From: Bigelowiella natans CCMP2755
Taxonomy: Eukaryota; Protista; Cercozoa
NCBI GenBank assembly: GCA_000320545.1
Contig: ADNK01001529.1
Location: 1 to 64,000, forward strand
Length of the DNA: 64,000 nucleotides
Reading direction: 5' to 3'
Below are positions 13,764 to 24,543 of this stretch, in pieces (the stretch's first letter is position 1; each line of letters opens with the position of its first letter). Below the pieces are notes generated by a model that saw only the letters and a program-made list of their open reading frames with translations, made no database searches and had not been told where the DNA came from. Made by a program: the position numbers and the translations under genes.

Positions 13764-16700
13764 TGTGTCCAGGACAAAGCTAGAAAACCCTTCAACAACG
13801 CAACGTTTGAAATGGCCATGGCCAATTTGTGCACGTGTGACACACTTGTGCTCAGTCATGTTTGGATCAGTTGGGTTTCCAAACTTGGACAGATCACTCC
13901 ATTCCGGCATCGGGTGTGTGACAAAAACACGTGCATTTGCGCCGTGATGGATCGAAACAATGAATGAATGCATGAAACACACGATGGAAGTGTGACCAGC
14001 TCGCAGACACGCTGCTCGCTGATGCTTGTGGTTGCACGTTGATGTCATCAAAGCTTTTGAAAACAAAACACCGAAACCCTGATGATGAAAAAAGTGCATT
14101 GTGACCTTGAGCATGCACACTGAAACAAGCTCCGAAGAGGACATTGCCGCTCGCACGCGGGTCTTTCAACTTTTGCGCGCGCGTTTCACTGCGCTGCAAC
14201 CCTGAGCAGCCGCTAGCTGGTTGGGTTGCACAGATGCATTGGGATGACCATTGAAAATTTTCAATCACTTCATTGCATCCGTCTCATTCACGTGTGTGTG
14301 CACGTGCGTTTGCTCACTTGTCTGTTTTCGTGACATGGCACACCTCGTGCAACGTCCATGCATCAACACTCGATTTCCTCGTTGTGAGGAGTGAAAAGGA
14401 ACAGTGAGTTTTCTGGTCTCTTGACTTTTTTCAAGTCAATTTCAAAGAACATCCTGTTGTTCTGCGCATGGCAACACGACCCACTGTGCACAAGTGGACT
14501 TGAAAAAAGCAGAACGTCACCTTCATCGAGTTGGACAGTCACCTCTTCACACTGCTCCTCCGTGACTTGCAGCAGTGATGGGTCCACACGTGCGAGCCCA
14601 TCCCCACTGCGGCTGCAAAAGTGACCGTTTTTTTTCAATGCGTGTTGGAGGATGACCTTGTGGGAACCTTTCCTGAAGTGCACTCTGCATGCGTCGACAG
14701 CTAGGAGTCCGTTCAGAGGCACCAACAAATCGTTTGCAGTCATCACGGTGGCCAGCTCAGAAGTCACTTGGAAATCAGTGTGCCAGTGCTGTTTGCGGCA
14801 ACGAGGTGGCAAAGAAGTGATGCCAACGATGTTCGAGATGTTGCCATGGGCGTCACTGTCAACGTGCTCCCTGAGCCTTCGCTTTGTCGTGGAATTCACC
14901 AATGTGACGTGTTTCAGAAAAGGATGACGTGATTTGAGCTTGGACAGTTCAGTCATCACTCTTTTGCTGTCCCCGTTTGACAGTGGAAGACTGCTGTCAA
15001 GGTTGTCACTTGTGTGTTGTTCGATCGCAAACTCCACATCCTCATCACATCGGCAAATTTTTGGCTTCCAATGTCCATCCTCTGCCATGGGATGTGCGCA
15101 GTGTTGACGCACGATTTTCGACACTGAAGGGGTCTGAAATGCTGACGCAACAAATTGTTCCATGAGGCACCACCTCACATGCACTGGTGGTGGCGGCGGC
15201 TTCACATGCACTGGTGGTGACGGCTTCTTGGGTCTTCTCTCATGTCGGAACTGGTTCTTCTCACTCCTCTCTCTCTTGCTTTTCTTGTTGACGCGATCAT
15301 TGTCATGGCACTTTTTCCTCTTCGTTTTTCTCTTCTTGGTTGCGACTCGAGCACGAAGACAGTTCACTCCTGTTCTGGACACCACAAGGCCCTCGTCTGC
15401 ATCGTGGATGTCCACTTCTGTCACCAGTTTTTTTTTCGTCAACCCAAAGAAATTCCCTTCATCATCTTGAAGCAACACTGGTGTTCCAGCTTGAGCCGTG
15501 CTCCTCAATTCCCTCACCAGATTCTGAGCCTTTTCAAGAATCACACTTTCATCCTTGACATCAAGTGTGCTCGCAAGTTTTCCCAGAGTGTTCATTTCTG
15601 CTCCAAGTGTGGTTTTTGTCCCGACTGTCTGTTCCAGCACCCACTCCAATCCCGAAACACATGCGGCGTGTGAAGGCTGCTGCACATTGCATTCTTTCCT
15701 CTCATGCACTGAGAAAACTGTTTTGTTGTTCTTCGCACTGATCTCTTGCTTTTGAAGGTTGACTTTGCTGTCATCGAATTTGCAACAGCCTGTTTCAGGT
15801 GTCTTCAAAAAAAGACACAAAATGACCGCTCTCAGCACTGGATCCCACGTGGCGAACGATGCTTTCAAGTTGATGTTCAACAACCCTTTCTCCATCACAT
15901 CGCAAGTGCACGATGTTGTCTGCATGTGTTCTCGTCTGGTCAACGAAAATGTTCTTCCTTCCAACTCCAACCCTGTCCCACGAGAGAACTAGTAGCTTTG
16001 GAGGTTGTCCAATTGAGTGACTGTGGCATTCCATCTCCCTCATTGTGCGGCACTTCTTGCAAAACTTGGAAAGAACATGACTCTGTTGTGTGCGTCGCAG
16101 GGCAGCACCAGTTCCCCATCTGCTTTTTTGGCCATCAGGATCTTTCATGCGGTGGAAACCCGGCGGACACCTCGGGCTCAACTTCATGACCTAATGAAAT
16201 TTGACGAGCACTGTCACCATTGTTGTGTTGTCATCACCACATTCTCAACAAATTGCCCAATGACTTTCTTTTTCAGACAGCTTTTCGTTGCAGATCATGC
16301 AGACACTCACAACCCCAAGTTGCACTTGTGCAAATCTGCTCATCATGGAGGCCAGTCTTGAGCTTTTCTCTGTAGCTTCTCTCCACAGACCCTCCATCAC
16401 CAAGTTGTGGTGTTCCGCAACGTCCCTTTGCCCACCAATGGAACCCCACACTAGCCTCACAAGAGACCCGCAGTGTTCAGAGCATGGAGGGCTTGTTCGT
16501 CTCACATGGCCGCTCAGGAGCTGTGTTTGTTTGCCCATTTCTAGATCCCCCAAAAAGACAGATGGCTCAGTTGCAGCTTTGTTGCACCAGAATGCCGTCA
16601 GAGCCGACGCAGCATGACAAGTGTTCCCAACATTGGGCAAACCCAATGGGACCTACGTGTGTGTGTCACGTGTGTGTGTGTTTGTGAGTGAGTGAGTGTG

Positions 16701-17220
16701 TGTCCTCACATGGAAATTCACCTGACCTTGTGTGCCATCAGAATTGTTTTGGTGGAACCATCCGACTAGATGCGCTGAAACTGCACCACCCATCGTGTGT
16801 GTGCAAGAAGATCGTGCACAATCATGAAGAGGGAGGAGGAGGGGTTAGCAATTGCTCGTTCGAAAAAGAAAATTGCATTCCTTTCTGGGGGCATTCTGTG
16901 TGACAAAAAAGACAAGCAAACACACAGATGTAGGCATGCACATGAACACACACACACACACACACATGCACACACACACACAAACACCATGCGACTTGGG
17001 AACCTTGTTCGCAACAACACATGTCGATCTCGCGTGGATGCGGCCTCTCTCCTTTCATCTCCTCATCTGCGACATGTGACCACATGTCTTCCTCATTGTC
17101 TGCATTCAGAGAATCGATGTGCGGCAGCAACAGGCACAAGCAGCAAAGCGGCTTGTCGAGAGCTGCCTTCTTCACATTGGCATCAATTCATGGCCGGGCC
17201 GGTGTGTAGTGAACACAGTA
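13290..17220. other. Large TpA-hypermutated island (relic genes, probable mobile DNA)
   Basis: About 17 TA in about 3.9 kb, versus roughly 250 expected from base composition. Eight are CTAG and all but one are CTAN or NTAG. The ORFs lack Tyr and are rich in His and Cys. Confidence 0.92.
14363..16650 (-). pseudogene. Mutated gene: USP (peptidase C19) deubiquitinase domain fused to a PhyH-like 2OG-Fe(II) dioxygenase domain
   Basis: USP motifs: Cys box GLPNVGNTC(H), QRDVAE, CxxC pairs, PPKLLVLSWDR and His box (H)QLESIVRHVGSSAESGHF. After a frameshift in a T7 run near 15806-15813 comes KFDDSKV, and the same frame continues to QHWHTDF...GDVLLFSSPLVHSG...NNR (HxD...H...R). In-frame stops near 16245 and 16190 may lie in a small intron. 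Confidence 0.8.
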
Positions 17221-17297
17221 GCGAGAGGAGGAGGGACATGGGGAGGAGTGGCATGGTCTAGCTTTTTGTTGTTGTTGTTGTTGATGATGATGATGAT

Positions 17298-17339
<42 letters not shown>

Positions 17340-18035
17340 GAACACACCTCAAAAGTGGTGATCCAATCATCGCTTGCATTTTTTCACCTGTGGTGTTCTG
17401 CGCTGATTTTTTTCGATTCACCTAGAGAATGAACCCAAATGCATTAGATTGTGGTGTCCTTTTTCAGAACAACAGGTGTTAATCCTATCTGTGCACGCCA
17501 CAAAGTTGTCCTTTCCCCTGCCCTCCATTACGTGGCGCCATACCGCTAAGTCAGCAACTGTTACCGTTACCTTAACAGTCACTGCGCTCTTCCTTCGCTG
17601 TTCTGCATTTCTTTTTCACCGGTAAGGAAAATGAAGGGCAGAATGTGAACTTCAATTTTTGCAGAGGCAGGTTTTTCTCCCTGCGACAAGCTTGACCAGA
17701 ATTGTCCCATCTAGTCCCCGGGGATCCCAAAAGTGGGTATTTTTGTCTAAGATTCTCAGGAGTGGGCATATTTGTCTAAAACCCGGGAAATTAGGGATAA
17801 ATAATCCCAGGGGATCCCAAATTACACAATTTTTGCTTGAGATTTCGCTTGCGACACAGTTTTTGCTTGGAATTTATTTAAAGGATTCGGCGAATGTGGG
17901 GTGTGTGGTATATTTTAAAAATTCGGTAAGGTTTCGGCGCGAAAGTGCCACAGTGATATCGGGTTATAGCGGGCAGCATCGGGTCAATCTGAAATCGCCA
18001 AAAGGACTACTGTGCCATTTAGCAACGTTCATTGA

Positions 18036-18436
18036 GAACTTATCTATAAAGAAAGTTATTTTATGTTTGAATAAATCATATTACGACAATAAACTATAAA
18101 ACAATTAGAGGAAAAAATATCACATTTAGCTAGGATATCTTAGAGATATATTTTTATTTAGTTCTTACTGAGGGCAATTAAGGGCCGTTGACAGTTGTTA
18201 ATCTGAGTGGTGGTACGTTCCTTAATGCGCTGCGACCGTTCCTTAATGTTCCTCAATGCGCCCCAGTCTGAGATCCATTATAACTATCCATCTATTAATT
18301 GACAACTTATCTGTAAAGAAAGGTTTAAATTAATCATATTAGATCTACGACAATAAACTATAAAACAATTAGAGGAAATATCACATTTAGCTAGGATATC
18401 TTAGGTATATATTCAGTTCTTACTGAGGGCAATTAA
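18036..18436 (+). repeat. About 140-bp AT-rich direct duplication immediately upstream of an ATG
   Basis: 18036-18181 and 18303-18436 share AACTTATCT(A/G)TAAAGAAAG...TACGACAATAAACTATAAAACAATTAGAGGAAA...TATCACATTTAGCTAGGATATCTTAG...GTTCTTACTGAGGGCAATTAA. The second copy ends at the start codon, 18436. Confidence 0.85.
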
Positions 18437-20605
18437 TGCGATCTTCGCCGGGCGTAATGGTGTTCAGAGGCCTTCGTCTTGCTTTCACCATCTGGTGTCT
18501 TAGCGGCCTTTCTGTGCATGGAGCACCCGAAATGTTAATCGAATCTTTCGACGTCGTTGGCGATGGCACTGGTGCTGCCGACATCTACATGGTCTCCCAA
18601 AACACAGATTACTGGGTGAAAGACCCCATGGGAAGACAAACGTTGATTCTTAGTGCAAGCGACCAAAATGCTGTTATATTGAAATTAGACCACACCCTAA
18701 ACGTGACCTGGGCAGTGAACTATAAACTTGAGTACCAAGTGTCTTGGTTGTTTTTTTATGGCTGCGTCTACCACAAGGGTGTGTTGTACGCTGTTGGTAA
18801 AATCGAGGGTTCTGGGACTTTTGAGGGAACTCAGCTGGCAACCGATTACCAGCAAATCATCACTGCATACAATGCAACAAACGGCAACCTCCTGTGGCAC
18901 GACATCGATCCAACGAACACTCCAGACGGCGTGAATGATCAATTCACTGGATACGAGGTCGCCATGTTAGATGGAAAGGTCCTGGTTTTGGGCAGAAGTG
19001 GAAGAGATGGCTTCGCTAATGCACCTTTTCGTTACCTCAATTTCAGGATTTATGAGACCAATGGCACCAAGGTGCAGTTTGTCAATTCGACAGGTGGATC
19101 AGTGGATGAGTTCTATTTCAGTCCATGCGACTATTCTACGAACCCAGATACGACAGTGTGCGATCATACAAATTTCATATCTTTTCCATTCCTTAAGGTG
19201 TTCAATGGCACTGAGATCTACGTTATGTCGTACCTCACCATGAATCGAACATACCAAAGTTACAAACCCATAGTGATGAGGTTCGATTTCGTCGATGGCA
19301 CTCTCAACTTCACTTGGAAATACGAAGATTTTTTCGACTATGTTGATCCAACCACCCTTTCTCCAACAGCAACGAGAGATATCACTGGCTATTACATGGC
19401 GCCAGCCGAGAGCGTAGTCGCTGTGGGTTTCCGAGGCCCTTGTTCCATTTTGAGTTTCAGCTTTAATGATTTGTACTCGTGCCCTCACCAAATTCTGCTG
19501 AGCAGAGCGAATGGAACCTTCACGGGCAATTATCTCCCAAACACTCAACAGCAAATTTTCAAGAGTCAATATGGACAACCCGCTGCTTATCAATTGTCCA
19601 ATGGAACTTGGTTCACGGCTGGGAACTCAGGACAATCACAGGCAAGAGTTTTTTATGCGAAATACACGCCGAGCGCATCTGTCGACGAACAGACCACCGA
19701 ATTCTACCCAACAGGATGCGATTTGGCTTTGGGCGACCCTAAAAACGCCAAGATCGACGTCACAACTGCGGATACAACCTTGCAGTGGTACACCACAGGA
19801 ACAGCAGGAAGCGATGATGCGGGCACGCTGATTAAGTATGAATACGGCAATGCGGGGGAATGCGTCCAAATCCCGTAAGCCCATTCCCACAAATGTTTGA
19901 TGTCATCTCTTGTCACCAGCTCACCCATGCACGATGTGACGATTTTCCCATGTGTGTCTTAGGCGTTACACAGTGACGGATAGCCCGATCACCGTAGCCC
20001 CTTCGAACTCTCCGGCTACCGGTGCTCCATCCTCATCTCCTGTCACTGGCAGCCCAAGTGTCTCGCCCACGACTGTGTCTCCCAGTGCAACGCCAACAAG
20101 TGCTCCGACCGAAGCACCCGTCACTGCAACACCGACCACCGCAGCCCCTTCGAACTCTCCGGCTACCGGTGCTCCATCCTCATCTCCTGTCACTGGCAGC
20201 CCAAGTGTCTCGCCCACGACTGTGTCTCCCAGTGCAACGCCAACAACCCAAACCCCGACCACTTTGGCACCGACCGCATCGCCCACAACGATGGTCCCGA
20301 CTGCATCGCCCACAACGATGGTTCCGACTGCATCGCCCACAACGATGGCCCCGACTGGCTCCCCTACATCCGTTTCACCCACAAGCTCGCCAAAAACCGC
20401 GTCGCAGGAAGGCACAGGCACGATCATTGGCATAGTCGTTGGTGTGTTCTTCGCTCTTGCCGCCGCTGCTGTTGTCTGGTACAAGTGCTGCAAGAAGGAA
20501 AATGCACAACAAAACGCTGCTCCGATTGTTGGCCAGTCCCTGGCGTCGGTCAACATGGCCAACATGAATGCAGGGGATGGAATGGGAGGAGTAAATCGCA
20601 TCTGA
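18436..20605 (+). CDS. Type I membrane glycoprotein: signal peptide, beta-propeller-like ectodomain, Pro/Thr/Ser mucin-like stalk, TM helix, short tail
   Basis: Exon 1 is 18436-19874 (CC|gtaagc) and exon 2 is 19963-20605 (ttag|G), joined in frame. It has a hydrophobic N-terminus, propeller-blade-like motifs (YAVG, AYNATNGNLLW, VLVLG), many NxS/T sites, APT/SPT repeats and TM IIGIVVGVFFALAAAAVVWY followed by KCCKK. Confidence 0.85.
19996..20360 (+). repeat. Coding repeats in the stalk: 104-bp perfect duplication (147-bp offset) and 30-bp tandem units
   Basis: 19996-20099 equals 20143-20246. (PTASPTTM[V/A]) units occur at about 20270-20360. Confidence 0.85.
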
Positions 20606-21536
20606 GAAGGTTCGAAATGGAAAGCTAATGGATGTGATGTGATGCAGTGTGATGTGATGTGATGTGATGTGGTGTGTTGTGATGTGACATGGACAGTGTC
20701 GTGTGTGAAATGGCAGCACAATCTGATGTCGAATGCCGTCAGCTTGTTGATCACTAGATTGCATGGCACATTGCATGGGATCATTGCGATGTGGCAACAC
20801 GCTGGGGAACACCAAAGAAAAATCGTTTGTTTTTGGAGCACATGTTTGCAACGTCACACGGCAACACAATGATGGGCACAGCAATGTCATGTGCATGCTG
20901 TGCAACATGGCATTGCATTTGTGACAATGGACACAGCAACATCATGTGTGACACACGTGTGGTGCATCGCATGAAAGCAAGATTGCACACACGTGTGTTT
21001 GGACTGGCATGATGGACATGGCAATGCCATGCACAACACGTGTGTGATTTTGACACACACATGGCATGTTCTTTCACAAGGCAGATTGGAGCGCGCGCCC
21101 TGCTGCGAAGATGACAGACATGGCAATGACATGCACATCGTGTGTGGACACAGCAACAGCACACGCAATGCACACATGGTGTCACGTGTCCACGATGAGT
21201 GTCCGCTCATTTCACGGACGTTCTGCATTGTCTCAAGTTGTGTCTTTTTTGAAATCAATCCATTCATTCTCGTGCATCGGCCACACACATGCGTGAACTC
21301 AAGTTCTCATTTGTGCGCATTCGTTCAACAAGCTTTGCCATCTGCAGCTGGGCGTCGCACAATTTTGGCGTCCCATCAAGTCATTGTGCAGCCCGCTGAA
21401 CACGTGCACTTGATGAGGTCGTGCACGACCCTGCGCGTGCACTTTGCAACTTCGATGATGTGATTGATGATGCTCAAAACGACTCTTGATGTCCTTGATG
21501 CATGTGACACGCACTCCACTTGGACACGTGCTGTCT

Positions 21537-22268
21537 GCACCGGACAATTTGTCACGAAGGCGGGAGGGAGCCACGGTGATTGTGAAAGCCAAGAAGTGTT
21601 GAGGAAGCACACCGGATGATTTGTCACGAAGTCACGAAGGCGGGAGGGAGCTGCGGTGATTTTGAAAGCCAAGAAGCATTGAGGAAGCACACCGGACAAT
21701 TCATCACGAAGGCGGGAGGGAGCTGCGGTGATTGTGAAAGCCACGAAGCATTGAGGAAGCACACCGGACAATTTGTCATGAAGGCGGGAGGGAGCTGCGG
21801 TGATTTTGAAAGCCAAGAAGCACTGAGGAAGCACACCGGACAATTTGTCATGAAGGCGGGAGGGAGCCACGGTGGTCATGAAAGCCAAGAAGCATTGAGG
21901 AAGCACACCGGATGGTTCGTTGTGAAGGCGGGAGGGAGCCACGGTGGTCGTGAAAGAAGGCGGAAGGGAGCCACGGCACTTGTGAAAGCCAAGAAGTGTC
22001 AAGGAACTGCACCAAGCAATTCACAACGGCAACTGCGAGAGAGCTGCGGTGATGACAAAAAACTGGAAGGGCAAAGGAACCACACCAAGCAATTTGTGAC
22101 GGCAACTTGAGAGAGCTGCGGTGATGACAAAAGACTGGAAGGGCAAAGGAACTGCACCAAGTGATTTGTGACGGTGACTTGAGAGAGCTGCGGTGATGAT
22201 GAAAGACTGGAAGGGCAAAGGAACTGCACCAAGCAACTTGCAACGGCAACTTGAGAGAGCTGCGGTGT
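21537..22268 (+). repeat. 72-bp tandem repeat array with two related subfamilies (about 6 plus about 4 units)
   Basis: Type A unit: AAGGCGGGAGGGAGC(TG/CA)CGGTGATT.TGAAAGCCAAGAAG(CA/TG)TTGAGGAAGCACACCGGA(CA/TG)ATT... Type B unit: GG(CA/TG)ACTTGAGAGAGCTGCGGTGATGA(CA/TG)AAAGACTGGAAGGGCAAAGGAAC(TG/CA)CACCAAG(CA/TG)ATTTGTGAC, with starts at 22101, 22173 and 22245. Confidence 0.92.
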
Positions 22269-22443
22269 CCGTTTTCAGAGCGCCGCTGGGCCGCCATCGT
22301 GGCGTTGCAGGAGGCTTCTGAGGCCCACTTGGTGTCGTTGTTTGAGGACACCAATCTTTGCCACATCCATGCCAAACAAAAGAGTGACAATCCTGCCCAA
22401 AGACACGCAGCTTGCTCGCCGCATTCGCGGGGAGAAAGCTTGA
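22267..22443 (+). pseudogene. H3: Histone H3 C-terminal fragment, frameshifted
   Basis: VRFQSAA/..[10 protein letters not shown](H)[11 protein letters not shown](H)[12 protein letters not shown](T)[11 protein letters not shown]. Two frameshifts arise from short duplications, and the conserved Y99 reads CAC. Confidence 0.9.
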
Positions 22444-23609
22444 TTGTTTCACGTGAACGTGTTCATCTCAACAGGATTTCAGTGTCACACATCAACCTCT
22501 GTGTTTGTTGCATCGTGGAATTCCAATGACGCGAAACGCAACGTGTGCGAAACAGACGCCCCTCAAAGAATGCGTGTGTGTCGCAGGCTTGCAATCCATC
22601 TGTGATGTGTGCTTGAATGAGAAGCCTCATCTTTTCATGAGGTGTGTTGAATTGGGCGCGCTGTCAATGTTGCATGGTGTTTGCGCATCGCTGCCAGTTG
22701 CTGCACACACAGCAAAAGACACAGAAATGATGACTTGTGACACGGAGAAGGCACATTTGGGGCATGTGAGGTGAGGAAGGACCATCGCTCAGAGCCCAAA
22801 AAAGGGCCTGTGCTCACAATGGACATGGTGATGGCACATGCAACACGCACATGGCATTGCGTGTCTGTGATCCCCATCTCCTTTGTCACCCTGATCATCT
22901 GCTAGCCTGCATCTGCGCATGTGCATGCACACGTGACGCGCTGCGTGCGCATTGAGTGTGCGCGCTGCACAGACGTTGCGCAGCGAACGTTGTGCGTTCA
23001 CGCTCACTTCGTCATTCTTGCAAACATTCAGTGAATCCAAGACACGCAGCGCAGGAATCGCACATGACGAGCCATTTGCACGACAAAAAGCCTGCATTGC
23101 TAGCACTCAATCCAGGTTTCACTTGGAATTGGAACTCGGATGCATGCACATCAGATCACACATAAACGACGTCCACGCAGTGACTCACAGGTCTTGTTTG
23201 AATTTACACATGTAGGCTAGGCGGCAAAACAGTTTCAGAAAAATCAAAAAACTTTCTTTCCTCGCTCTAAATCTTCTACTTATCTAATTTAATCGATAAT
23301 CACAGCGTGTCGCCTTGATAATTTCCAGTTTGTCATGTTAAAATTTGTTTAATTCGAGGGCTATTTCACCGAATAAACTCCAGAGTATTTTGTCAGAAAC
23401 TTCGCCTACGACCTTCTGATGGTGCTCAGATATCGACTCCTCAATCCGCATTTCCATTTCCTACATATTTCAGAATACCCGTGTTAAGTTTAAAACACAG
23501 GTCGGGAACCACATCTCTATTCTCAAGTGCTACGCATAGACATCGCACATCAGCGGCTGATGCATATTTTATTTCGCTTATCCGTCATATCGTCGCTCGC
23601 AACAATCAC

Positions 23610-23943
23610 CTTGATGCCGGCTGATAGCGCAGGTTGCACCATTTGGTCGATCGCCTTTTCGTCAGCGAAAGTACCCCCGAGCTGAGTTGGAAACAACAAG
23701 AAATTCGAAGAGTAGTGTCTGAGGCAACGTGCTCATGGACTAGCACTACTAAGTGCGCTCTCATTCCCTTAGTTCGCCTCCACCACCACTATCACCACTA
23801 TCACCACCTCCGTCATGTACCTCAGCTTCGAGCTGGTCCTCTGGAATTGTCCTCATGTCCAGGCCAGAGCTCTTCAAATCATCCACGACGGACTTGTACT
23901 CAGCGTTGAGATCAACCGGCTTGCCTGATTATATGGAGCACAC

Positions 23944-23977
<34 letters not shown>

Positions 23978-24502
23978 GCTTATTTTTGTTTCTGCTGAAA
24001 TATGCTACTAGACATTCGTCTGGCCCTTGCCCTGCATCACAGCTTGACAGTAGGGCAGCGTTGAAGAACAAGGAGAAACGGCGTTTGTTTATGGTTTTAC
24101 TGCCAGAAGATGTTGGTGTGTCGCAACACCTTGGGACATGAGCTGTGCCTTTACTGCCTCTCTCAGACTGCCTACAGGCCGCTGCCAACGCCGTCTCAGG
24201 TAGCTCGAGCCTCGCCCTGTCTTGGCGCGCAAGATAGCCGCTCGCCTCTTCCCGATTTCCTCGTTCATCGCATCAAATAGCATCTGAATGACAGCACACG
24301 TATTTTCAATCATATTGGTGTTTTTCTTTACTCACGAAGGTGCGGTGTAGTGACGGGAACATTTCTGATTTTTGAGGTCGTTGCCACAACCATCTACCCA
24401 CGCCATGCTGCGAACATTTTCAACCCCCCCTACCTTATTGTAAATCTGCTGCGATTCCCCCGAGATATCTGCCAAGATAAAGTCCCGGCACACATACCAC
24501 AG

Positions 24503-24543
<41 letters not shown>

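Larger units (their letters stand above)
20630..23200. other. TpA-hypermutated island
   Basis: Only 3 TA seen in about 2.57 kb, all in CTAG (about 20754, 22902 and 23100). Confidence 0.93.

Noticed and set aside
14363-16650. Alternative genetic code (CAY or TGY read as Tyr)
   Set aside because: Neighbouring host genes use normal Tyr codons, and the TA loss also covers non-coding DNA and all frames.
17545-17830. Short palindrome ACTGTTA..TAACAGT and repeated CCC(C/A)GGGGATCCCAAA as transposon termini
   Set aside because: I could not find a matching opposite end or target-site duplication, so there is not enough to call an element boundary.
21537-22268. CRISPR-like array
   Set aside because: The units are contiguous 72-bp tandem copies with no unique spacers, there are no cas genes, and the context is eukaryotic.
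13290-23200. 5mCpG deamination or classical RIP as the cause of the TG/CA excess
   Set aside because: Both would keep or increase TA and deplete CG or CA. Here TA is what is missing, CG is plentiful, and conserved Tyr (not Arg) codons became His.
20669-23215. Many overlapping His/Cys-rich ORFs in all six frames (also 13600-17260 and 61300-62800) as metal-binding proteins
   Set aside because: They are a by-product of losing TAA/TAG stops and gaining CAY/TGY codons.
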